Source: Trichosphaerium sp. ATCC 40318
Lineage: Eukaryota > Protista > Tubulinea
Length of the DNA stretch: 64,000 bases
NCBI GenBank assembly: GCA_038496445.1
Contig: JALMLS010000466.1
Span: forward strand, 496,001 to 560,000
Reading direction: 5' to 3'
This document shows positions 12,996-23,764 of this stretch, piece by piece. Position numbers and translations under genes: made by a program. Below the pieces are notes generated by a model that was given only the letters and a program-made list of their open reading frames with translations, had not been told where the DNA came from and searched no databases. Position 1 is the first letter of the stretch. Each line of letters starts with the position of its first letter.

Positions 12996-14404
12996 ATGAT
13001 CCGCACACTGATTGTTATTATCATATCTTCTACTATAGTACTTGCTGCTCACTTCTGTGGAAGAGTGTACGAATGCGACGAAGGATGTAATACGTGCGCT
13101 AAGCAAGACAATTTCGTTGACTATGATTTTGGATGTTCAAATACGCCCAGTGGATGGCTAGACCATGAATGGAACGATACAGATATTCTAACGTACCTAT
13201 ACGACTCAGTTAATTGTACTGGACCAAGAACATTATTCATACGCCTTACCCTCAATTTCTGCACTAAAACATACATGGAGACAACCTACCATAAAATTAT
13301 ATGTTCTGGACAGAATAGACCACCTTTGCCTCCTTTTACTCTTCCACCTATTAGAGAACAAGTTCCTACCTCCTCTCCCACAGAAGAACCGACTGTGGAG
13401 CCAACAGAAGCGCCAACAGAACCACCAACGGAGCGTTGCCTTCAGAATGCTTCATGCCGGTTGGTGACACGTGTAATTGGTACCGCGATTGTTTGGAGAA
13501 AGCACATAATTGTGAAGGCACTGCAGATGACTATGCCATACGTTACGCTGAGAAATTTTGCAACCTTTACGAACAAAACTACGACAACTTTCCAGATGCT
13601 GGAAAAGCGTGGATCAATAATGTGAGAAAATGCCTGCAAGACGCTATGGTGCCTTTGCTTCAGCCAGAAAAATCGACGTGGACTTGCCATGCTATAAAGA
13701 CATTCGCATTTGAGTCTCACGCTCCTTGCTATTTGTATCCGGGTCCAGGAAATCCTGGCATTTGCAGCATAAGCTTGGTGACCAGTTTCTTAGAAGTTTT
13801 GAAAACAATACGCCCTGCTCTTTACACTGACCTGGTCGCAACAGCTTCTCAAATGCTTCAAGTCAGTCTTACATGTATAGGTGATACAACTGCAAATGCA
13901 GCGGAATTCACTTGGTTAAGTGTAGTAGAGATTGGTGTTAGTGTCAAAGATTTCTTTAACTTTAAGCGCTCACTTGAGCGTACAGTTGAGTTTGACTCTG
14001 AAGCGGCTGTACAAATCGTAGATTCTATTGCCTCACAAGCCAGTTTGGATGACACCAAAGTCCTTCTTATTGGTGTACCTTCGGCATCTAACAACGACGA
14101 CTCAGAACTACTTGTTTCGATGATAGTGGCTGACAATACTTTTCTTAATAGTAATGTCACCACTAACGTAACAGATGTTGCGAGAACACTCGCGCAAAAG
14201 ATTGTGAATGGTGAGATAACTATCAACTTACGTAATCAATCAGTACCTTGGTCATCAGTGCGTCTTTGCAAAGATGGAAATTGCACTATGAGTCATGAGG
14301 ATTTTGAAGCACCTACAGTATCTACCCCTACTTCTCATGCAATTGAGACATGGGTTTTCTTCCCAGTACTATTGCTTGTAATGGTTATATTCTCTCAACT
14401 TTAA
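12996..14404 (+). pseudogene. Intronless surface protein (signal peptide, Cys-rich domain, PTE linker, stanniocalcin-like Cys domain, C-terminal hydrophobic anchor) split by a 1-nt frameshift near 13432
   Basis: ORF 12996 (MIRTLIVIIISSTIVLA...PTEEPTVEPTEAPTEPPTE) continues in the -1 frame as ALPSECFMPVGDTCNWYRDCLE...YAEKFC...WINNVRKCLQ...AFESHAPCY...FFPVLLLVMVIFSQL; may be an assembly error rather than a true pseudogene. Confidence 0.65.
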
Positions 14405-14944
14405 ATAAACATAAGATTCCTCAATTATTTTGGTTTCACCTTTTTTTTCCCTTTTGAACAGTTCATTATGAGGCATTTTAAAGAGTTGTGGAGAAAAGTT
14501 AAGTTCTGTGCAAAAAAACGCGATTGTGTTATTATCTCATTCTTACCTTACAATGACATGCTCGGTAGATATATACTTAATAAAACTCCATTGCAGCACA
14601 AGATTCAATTGGATAAGTAAATCATTGGATAGAAGTGAATTCAACGGAGTAAAAAAGTGCATAATACACGTGCTCAAATTATTTATTTTCTTACAAGCAT
14701 ATCTATAGGTGTCCTATGAGTTCAAAGGTAAACCCGAGAATGTGTTACAACTGCAGCATTTTCATGCACAATTGCCAGTCAGCGTTTTTGACAAAGAAAA
14801 ATCAGAAAGTAGCAACAATCAGTATTATGTGTTAGGGCCTAGCTTTACGTATACATGCTGATGCAAAAGGAGGTGGTACAAATAGCAGACTACTGGATAC
14901 ATGCAAACTTAAGTTTAAAGAATAGACAAACCCACTGTCATCAA

Positions 14945-15963
14945 TTAGTAATTGCAAAAAGTAGCTTTCAATGCTTTGACTCCTTGCTCTGTTACTGCAG
15001 TATCATAAGCGCGAATATCATAAACACCTGTAAGTACTTTGATGCCTTCATCAGTTATTGAAGTACCACAAAGGTCAATAGTATGAACTCCCTTAAGAGC
15101 TTTAACACCTTCATCAGTTACTGAAGTATAACTGAGGTCAATAGTATGAACGCCAGCAAGTGTTTTGATGCCTTCATCTGTTATATTCTCACACTTGAAG
15201 AGGCGTATCCTATGAACTCCAGCAAGTGCTTTAATGCCTTCATCAGTTACTGAAGTGGTGTTTAGGATAATAGTATGAACTCCAGCAAGTGCTTTGATGC
15301 CCTCATCTGTTATGTTCTCGCATTGAGTAAGGGATATATCATAAACACCCTTCAGTGCTTTGATGCCTTCATCAGTTACTAAAGTGCTACCCAGACGAAT
15401 AGTATGAACTCCAGCAAGTGCTTTAATGCCTTCATCAGTTACTGAAGTACCATGGAGGCAAATAGTATGAACTCCCGCAAGTGCTTTAATGCCTTCATCT
15501 GTTATGTTCTCGCATTGAGTAAGGGATATGTCATAAACACCCTTCAGTGCTTTGATGCCTTCATCAGTTACTAAAGTGCTACCCAGACGAATAGTATGAA
15601 CTCCAGCAAGTGTTTTAATACCTTTGTCAGTAACTGAATAGCCTTCAATGTAATAGTCTGTACTCCTGCAAATTGTTTGATAACATTATCATTAGAAACA
15701 CGTTTGTTGATACTGATTTTGGTGTGTTGAAGAATACCAGCATGTTTTACAGCCGATTTTGCTTGAGCTAACGTGTTAATTGTTATAGCGTGGTATCCAA
15801 TAATGTCATGAACGATAGAAGCAATGAAATGGCATGTTTGGCAAGCTTTAAATCGAGATTTGGTTGTTTGACGCAAGATATCTGCTATAATCTCTGTAGG
15901 AAGCTCTAACAAACTTATACTGGTTGTACTGTTGATTTTACAACTCTTTGACGTGGAGCGCAT
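14945..15963 (-). pseudogene. Intronless F-box-like + LRR protein with a 1-nt frameshift near 15643
   Basis: N-term LLELPTEIIADIL; after the frameshift ~10 repeats such as HTIRLGSTLVTDEGIKALKGV and YDISLTQCENITDEGIKALAGV; stop TAA at 14945-14947. Confidence 0.75.
14970..15670 (-). repeat. Coding tandem repeat of 63/66-nt units (21-22 aa LRRs) with a higher-order ~192-nt duplication
   Basis: Recurring GCTTT(G/A)ATGCCTTCATC(A/T)GTTA and ATAGTATGAACTCCAGCAAG; 15416-15607 nearly duplicates 15224-15415. Confidence 0.9.
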
Positions 15964-15965
15964 AT

Positions 15966-16119
15966 TAATGGGTTTGCACTACTTTTTGAGAAGAGCTACG
16001 ATTGACTAAAAAATGTGCTGTTTTCTGCAAAAATATTGTACAAAAGGATTCCAAAAGAACAGATTTCGAAGAAATACAACATGCCGCCAAATTTCGCGAA
16101 ATGTAGTGCAAACCCCTTA
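15966..16119. mobile_element. MITE-like element (~154 bp, ~27-bp imperfect TIRs)
   Basis: Left TAATGGGTTTGCACTACTTTTTGAGAA vs reverse complement of right end TAAGGGGTTTGCACTACATTTCGCGAA (23/27 identical); no coding capacity; TSD not unambiguous. Confidence 0.55.
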
Positions 16120-16560
16120 TGTGGGAGGTTTATATCCAAGGAGTACGGAAGAGGAGTGGTTATCTTATTTATTCCCGTGAGATAGTGATCTCCGGACGGT
16201 GTACAATCAAGGAATCACGTGTTCGGAGGTGTTACATTTTTCACTCTTACAAATACTGTATAATATCGCGGACGGCACACAGAACGAAAGTGTAGATACT
16301 GATCCCTTCAGACACTCAAATTACATGTAAAGACTAGCCAAGAGCCTGTTTAAACGTCCAGTTTTAACACAATAAGACCATATACACAATAAACAACTTC
16401 TTTTGTGCTAATTTATCGTCACGACCAACCTTCCACCGTGGTTTTACAGATATTAGTTTAGCCCAGGAACACGAAATATCGATGTGAAGACTGATTGACT
16501 TCAAACTAGACGTAGTTGGTTTCAAACACAGTTAACTTTGTACATTACTCATTAATAATT

Positions 16561-18367
16561 TTATTGTATCTCCACGCCATTCACTGGTTGTTTAGGAATC
16601 ATGAGAGTTGCCCTCTCGTAATCTATCCCAGGTTTTTCTATAAGAGGTGTACCTTCATTTGTGTCAACAGAAGGATGTAATAAGATATCTGGTGCATAAT
16701 GCTTAATAGTTGCAATAACTGATTCAACATCAAGTTTCCACCAATAAGGGATTGGTATAATTCTTATACCTACATAAACGTCGTAAATATAACATCCGGT
16801 ATTTAGATTTAATAGTTACCTTGTCTGTTGCATTCCTCTGCTTTTAAAACATCATGAGAACTTCTCAACAAAGTGGTTCCAAAAAGACTTGGTGAGTCTT
16901 TAAAGTGTTGTTCTCCTTGATACTCAAATGCAAGAGAAAAGTGAGGTACGTATATATCCATGGATAATATGACACGTTTTGTTTGAAAGTAGTACTCTTC
17001 AATGACATCATAACCACTAAATATATTCTTGACACATTGAAATAGATACCATTGCTTTGATCTCTTACTAGTATCACATTTTGAAAAAATATCAAAAGCT
17101 AAGGGAGAGCTTGGGTAACGATATTGTAGCATATCTATCACCTTACGTGTAGATACACTAGTTCCAATACCAAGGCTATTGATTGATACACGGTACCTAA
17201 TAACTCATAAGAAGATAGATTAGTAAAAACAAAACCATACCATAGCCCAAGATTCTCAATATTGAAGTTAGATTCTACAGAAGCCAAAAAACGTGACACG
17301 TTGTTGATATCTTCCCAATATTCGCTCTTTTGCATACTACACTAATTAGCTTTTTTGAAACTACAATTAAACACTCACTCTTCAGGCCATGGATGAGTTG
17401 GGTAGAGAGCCTGTAATGTATCACTCAGTGAGCCATAATATCTTAGATAAATTAGCAATATTACAGTTAGACTTCCTTACTTTTTGATTATATATCTACA
17501 ACGGGACCGAATAATACCAGGTTTGATCGTCAACCATTCATCTAGTTCCTTGACACCAATACGATGTGCCATATTGTTGAAATACGTACGATGCTGTCCT
17601 ATCGTAGTGTGCGAAGCAGGTATAAGGGTATTGAGTTTTGGGTTTGTTGATGGCAGTCGCATGTGCCGAGAACGGTGCTTCCAGGCTATAGTTGGATATA
17701 GCTCTTTTATCGTTTTATCCAATGAGGATTTTGTAAGTTTTATCGGTGACGCCTTTGAGAAAGCGTTCCAAGATACCCAGGACCTACACTAGCAATGTCA
17801 GTATTGGGGTTTTTTCAGACTTCACGTGCCAATCCTGTACTACTTTAACATTTAAATCTTCTGCAACACTCTCAAACTGTTTTCTCATATGTTCTTTATC
17901 ATCCCAATACTTTGCTGGAACGCGCCTGAATCACTTCAGAAAAGCTGTCAAACCACAACAATGACTTACCCGAATCTCCATGGTTCCCAGTTAAACCGTG
18001 GAAACACAGTTTGAAGAAGACTGCCAAGCGATGAGTTATATCTGGAAGCAATGTCAGCGAACACAAACGCGAAACCATGTTGGTACCTGTTCATCACGTG
18101 TCTGCCGTGCTTATTAAACGCGATTGATGACACTTCATACCAATCTTCTAGCGTTTTAACAACAAGTTGCTTCCCAATTCTATTCACCCATGTTTTTTCG
18201 TTCTCTAGCAACACTGCATGCTTAAAATGTCTCTTGGGTACACGCTTGCGCGGTTTGGTAAAAAAATGCTTCAATTGCATGCATTATTCTCTTTTCTGCT
18301 AAATTACAGACACCAACCAAAGCTGTCTCGCTTTGCAATATGTATTTAACGAAATCTTGACCCACAT
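16561..18367 (-). CDS. Trp-rich ~68-aa repeat protein with C-terminal PD-(D/E)xK / Vsr / RAP-like nuclease domain
   Basis: Repeats such as VPAKYWDDKEHMRKQFESVAEDLNVKVVQDW and SLGSLLQTVFPRFNWEPWRF; C-term LSMDIYVPHFSLAFEYQGEQHF...DVLKAEECNRQGIRIIPIPYWW. Confidence 0.75.
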
Positions 18368-18532
18368 AGTACTACAGCGTCAATTTATTTGTTTTAGGCT
18401 CAAAATTTTTTTTACAAGGGCTGAAGATTGTCATTGTTCGTTTTAAAGTTTGTCATTATGATTCAAAGGTTACTAAAGTATTTACATGTGTTATTATCCT
18501 TTTTTTTGGTTTATAAACCCACCATTGATTCA

Positions 18533-20265
18533 TTAAGTGTCATTTTTTGGTACGGGTTCAATTTCACTTTCAGGGTTTTGTTGTTCAGATTTAACTTCTT
18601 GTTGTTCTGACTGTTGTACATCTGGGACGAGAGACAAATTGTCAATCTCTTTTTCTAAAGAAGCTTCCTTCTTACGCCTTAAAAAAAGCTTATAAGCAAA
18701 GACATACATTAAAAACCGTTTTGTAGACTCACTTTTGTCTTTCCTTCAATCGTTCATAACGTCTACAATTTGTAGGAAGTTCAAATCGGCATAGGGGACA
18801 GCTATTATGCTAATACATCAGTTAGTAAGCGAGCTCATAGATAACTCTAGAAATACCACTACACATACCTTTCGTAGCCATGGTTGAATACACTCTTTGC
18901 AGAACGAATGTTTGCAAGGTAAAAGAAGAATTTCATCGCCCTTTTGAATGGTTAGGTAAGTAAAGGTACTCTACAAAAAAATCTACGTACCTCTGAGAAA
19001 GAGCTCAAGCATACACAACAATCACCACCCATTAGTGCATGATCATGTGTAAGAATAATAGTTGGAAGATTTTCTACTGCTTTTGGGTCTGCAGGTGGTT
19101 TACGTTTAAATCGTTGATTGTTAATAGGATCTAGGATAGGCGCAAACAACCTAAAAGCAAAATTTAGCCAAAACAAGAACAGAAAACAGAAAACGAAAAG
19201 AGACAATTTGGCGGCATTTTTAGAGTTTTCAGATAAAAAGATGCCGCAAAAAAAGAGGAATAAGGGAGAAAATTTCTTACGTATCAACAGCGTCATCAAT
19301 AGCTGTTGTAGCGCTATGCAATCGTCGTCCAAGCGAATTAAATACACGACCAATGGTAATCGGGTTAGGTTGTGGTGTTTCTCCATCTTCATTTGCTTCG
19401 TTATCGGGCTCTTGTGTATTGTTTGGCGCAGCATCGCTAGGTTGCGCTGTATTCTCTGTTTCTTCATCGTCAGATGGCACTTGCACCTGGTTTTAGCGTT
19501 AGCATTCATATTTAAAGAAATACTATTTTGTACCCACGAAGCTGAATCAGAGAGACTTGGGCGGTTTGAGTCAAGTGGCGGATAAAGCGGCATTGTTGGT
19601 GCCGGTTTGGGTGCTGGTTTTGTCGCGTGATTTTGTAGATCCTGCGCTCGAGGTCCAGAAGCTGTACCTTGTACTGACGGCGAAGGGTAGGCCGATCTAC
19701 TTTGTTGAGGCGTCACAGGATTGAATTGGTTGTTTGTTATTGGTCGCGAATTAACGTGTTGTGGCTGATGATATGGTGGTTGGTGTGTGTATGTAGGTGA
19801 ATATGCAGGGGTTGGATGTTGATGGTATTGCGGTTGAGGAGTATTATATGGTGGAGGGTATGAAGTCGGGTAAGCTCCTGGGTACACGTAACTTTGCGTT
19901 TGTACAGGTGTAGGATGTAGTTGTGTTTGATAAGTGGAATTATACGATGTTTGCGTAACTGCTTGAGGAGCGCTGTTTGTTGTTGTTGGCGGCTGAAACC
20001 TGGCGTCAGGTTGACGTATGGCTCTCGCGTATATTTGGTTAATGGAAGGAGGGCTCAAAACCGGTTGGGAGTGTGTATGAGTAGGCGCTGGCGGTGCTAC
20101 ATTGTAATTTTGTCGTGGCGCGTGTTGCGTTTGTCTTTCATGTACTTCTTCGATGAAATACGAAAAGCAGGTGCTACAGCTTGGGCCAGCTTGAGTTTGA
20201 TTTGCTGGTACTAACTTTGAGCAACGATGGCACCAATAGCGATGCCTTAGGCCACTGTTTTGCAT
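18533..20265 (-). CDS. RING-H2 E3 ubiquitin ligase, RNF126/RNF115-like (N-terminal zinc ribbon, P/Q-rich linker)
   Basis: YWCHRCSKLV...CSTCFSYFIEE; PPADPKAVENLP...CCVCLSSFSEGDEILLLPCKHSFCKECIQPWLRKHNSCPLCRFELPT. Confidence 0.85.
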
Positions 20266-20499
20266 GGGGTTGTTTCAAATGATGCTGTATACAAAGCTTT
20301 CCCAAATTTATGTAAAACATGAAAACTTAAGTTGGTAAGTCCGCATTCAGAGAAGACCCAAACTTTCATTCGAAGGCTAGCTGTGCAACGTTACCACATG
20401 CCATACAACAAAACTAACATCATTGTGACATTTTGACACGCAATGTATTTTTTAATTTTGGCAACTATTGTTTGGTACAAAGTACAAATACGGCAATGA

Positions 20500-21366
20500 T
20501 TATACGACTCCCATACTAACGAGCAAATCAACAAATTCTGTACGGCAAAAACTGTTAACAACAAAAAAAAAATATCAACTCGCACCATTCCACTGTAATA
20601 ATCCGTCACCATCCTTATCGGCTTCTTTATAAGCTTCTCTGGCCTTAATCTCTTCAGCAGCAGTCCACGCGCTTGAGGAGACCTAAAATTCGATTTAGAT
20701 AAAAACAAGTAACTAATCCACTATTATACCATGCTCTCCCAGAAGATATTCCACTCGTGAATATCAATAGCACCTAAACAACGTAAATACACCTACTACC
20801 ACGTGGTATTACCGGAGTTGTCCGCATCAATTTTTCTAAACGCCTTTACAGCCTCTTGTACGCGCTTCAACTTCTCCAAGTTATCAAGGATATGAAATCT
20901 ATAACGTTTTAACCAAAAATTAAAGCTATCACAAAACCGCCCAGGCTAGCGTACTTATCGTGCTTTCTCCACCACGCTATGAACTCTTCAAAGTCAATAT
21001 GACCGTCCTAAAACGATATTTAATGGTGCACGATCAAACTTTTTATGTACCCCGTCTTTATCAATCTCCTTTACAGCAGCTATAGATTGGTCTTTAGTCA
21101 TCTGTGAATGTTAGGCCGTTAAACACAACGGAAGATAACGTACAAAGTACCCAAGATCATAACTAAGCTACAGGAGTGTTAGTGGCGTTCTTTGGTAAAT
21201 ATTCGCACCTCCAGAAATTCGGCAGGGTCTATTGTGCCACTATTGTCGGCGTCGTACTTGAGGAACAGACCTTTATCAGTAAGTTAAAAATGGCTACATC
21301 CATCAGCGTACTTTTAATGATAAATTTTGGCGCGTTAGGGTTAGATAATTGTCCTCCTGCTTGCAT
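20500..21366 (-). CDS. Four-EF-hand calcium-binding protein (calmodulin-like)
   Basis: DADNSGTIDPAEF, DKDGDGHIDFEEF, DADNSGAIDIHEW, DKDGDGLLQWNEF after splicing. Confidence 0.85.
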
Positions 21367-21461
21367 TGTTGCGGTTTATTTGTTGTGATACTAAGTTTAG
21401 CTAGAAAAATACGCCACTTAACCCCCAACAAACCCGACGCTTCGATCACTGTACGTCCACG

Positions 21462-23611
21462 ATGTCACGGTTTTGGCGTGATGCAATAGGCGTCGCTACT
21501 GGAGCTAGAATGGTTATAGACGCTGCAATAACTAGCAAAAGGTACGTGTAGCCATATGTAGCCATACGGTAGTGTGTTAAAGTGTATTATAGAACTTCGA
21601 GATGGACTCAGCATACAACAAAGCAAAACATACAAATACGCAAAGACCCATTGCCAGAAACGCGTAAAACACCACTTAGACCAAATAAAATAAAAATGAC
21701 TGAATCACCGAACTCAGTACGATGACGCCCATACAATATTCCGAATTAATGTTCTTAGCTTCAAGACAAAGCAGTACCACGCAAAGTGCCATCATCAAGA
21801 ACAATGCGTGCAATGCACGTAGGAGGTACGCTGACGTACGATCGAACAAATGTTAACATTAGCTGTAGGATTAATGGCAGGTATGGGAATGGGAGCAGTA
21901 TCCGAAATGGTGCGACGGAGCTTTGGTGGTGGAGAGCCTGACAGACCAGGTACTGAACTTTTTCAAAAAATGAGTGTAACGTATATAGCGGCTATGAATT
22001 CGAAAAACATGCAACGTATAACTGATACAATGTCGAGAATGCGTGGTGCAGCTTTAAAACTAGGACAAATGTTTTCTATGCAAGGTACACCAAGTGTTGT
22101 TTTAAAATGTGACACGTGTCACTAACATTTCCCTAGATGAAAATCTCGTTTCTCCAGCATTTGCACAAACCCTTGAACGGTATGAGTTGTATAAAGTACA
22201 TATAAATAACTCCATATTAGAGTACGGAATAATGCTGATTTCATGCCTTTTTTCCAAGTCGAGGTACATTACAAACATTGATATTTTGTGTTTTGACTTT
22301 GGGTTTTTGTAGGAAATTATGGTTAGAGATTTTGGAGAAAATTGGCGTGATAATTTTACGTCTTTTGAAGAATTACCTCTTGCAGCAGCTTCAATTGGTC
22401 AAGTACACAGTGCAGTATATAAAAACGGAGATAAAGTTGCTGTGAAAGTACAGTACCCAGGTAACAATCAAGCACTTAATGTGGCAGCATCTGACTCAGC
22501 TTAAGGAGTTCGAGAGAGTATTACTAGTGATATAGATAATATTGCTTCATTGTTGTCACTATCTTCCATGCTACCTAAAGGAGCACATATAAACAAGTCA
22601 CTAGCAAACGCAAAAAAAGAACTTACCTGGGAGTGTGATTATATTCGTGAAGGTAAATATCAACAACAGTTCAGAGAACTATTGGAAGATGAAGGTACCA
22701 ACCACAACGATTTGTACTACTAGTAAGAATACTAAATTTCATTGTTTTTTAGAAGTATTTAAAGTACCTAAACTCTATGGAGAAGCCAGTTCTGAATCTG
22801 TTATTACGTCAGAATTTATTCACGGTTTACCTGTTGATAAGCTTACTACATTGCCTCAAGAAGTTAGAGATTGGGTATGATTCATGCTATCATACTTGAT
22901 TTTAAGTCATGTTAGTACTAACTACGTTGATTAGGTAGGTTATAATATCTTAAAGCTGTGTTTGAAAGAGATCTTCCTATTCAACACAATGCAAACTGAT
23001 CCAAATTGGACTAATTTTTTTTACAATACAGAGACCAATCAGGTAATTATTCTTGCGTCTTTTATTCTTATATTTGTTAGATTGGATTACTAGACTTTGG
23101 TGCTAGTCGAGAATTCGATCCATCATTTATTGACACTTACTTTAAAGTCATAAAGGTACTTGTTAAGAAAGGCCTTTTTCTTTTACTTACTTTAGTACAG
23201 GCAGCTATAAACAGAGATAAAGAGTCAGTTATAAAACACTCCATTACGCTAGGATTCCTTACAGGCGAAGAAACAAAGATTATGAACGATGTAAGTGACG
23301 AGTTAAATAATATTTTGTTGAAGTTTAACATTTTTGAACAGGCTCACTGCGGTGCTGTTGTTGTGTTAGGCGATCCGTTTGCAACTGAAGGAAATTATGA
23401 TTTTGGGCAACAAACAGTTACTAAACAAGTAAAAGACTTGATACCAACAATGCTCAAGCATCGCTTGACACCTCCTCCAGAAGAGACATACTCATTGCAT
23501 AGAAAGTTATCTGGATGTTTCTTAATATGCTCAAAATTGAAGGCGAATATTCCTTGCAAAGACATGTGGTTGGACATTGTAGAGCAATACACAAGTAAAA
23601 ATAAAACATAG
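21462..23611 (+). CDS. COQ8: Atypical kinase COQ8/ABC1 (ubiquinone biosynthesis)
   Basis: [78 protein letters not shown]. Confidence 0.95.
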
Positions 23612-23764
23612 TAAGAATTGTATACAATACCGTATGTTACAAGTTCATATTGTATTGACAAACAAGACACGACGCAACTCGCTACATAAATAACAAGGAA
23701 CAGCTGTGAATTACTCGAGTCACAGTCAAGTCTGGAGTATACACTTGGTCAACACTTCATAAGC

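Noticed and set aside
13302-13433. Intron that would repair the stanniocalcin-like frameshift
   Set aside because: It would delete an obviously coding PTE linker and uses a poor donor
14970-15670. Regularly spaced repeats resembling a CRISPR array
   Set aside because: Units are 63/66 nt, keep one reading frame encoding LRRs, and the 'spacers' are homologous; eukaryotic context
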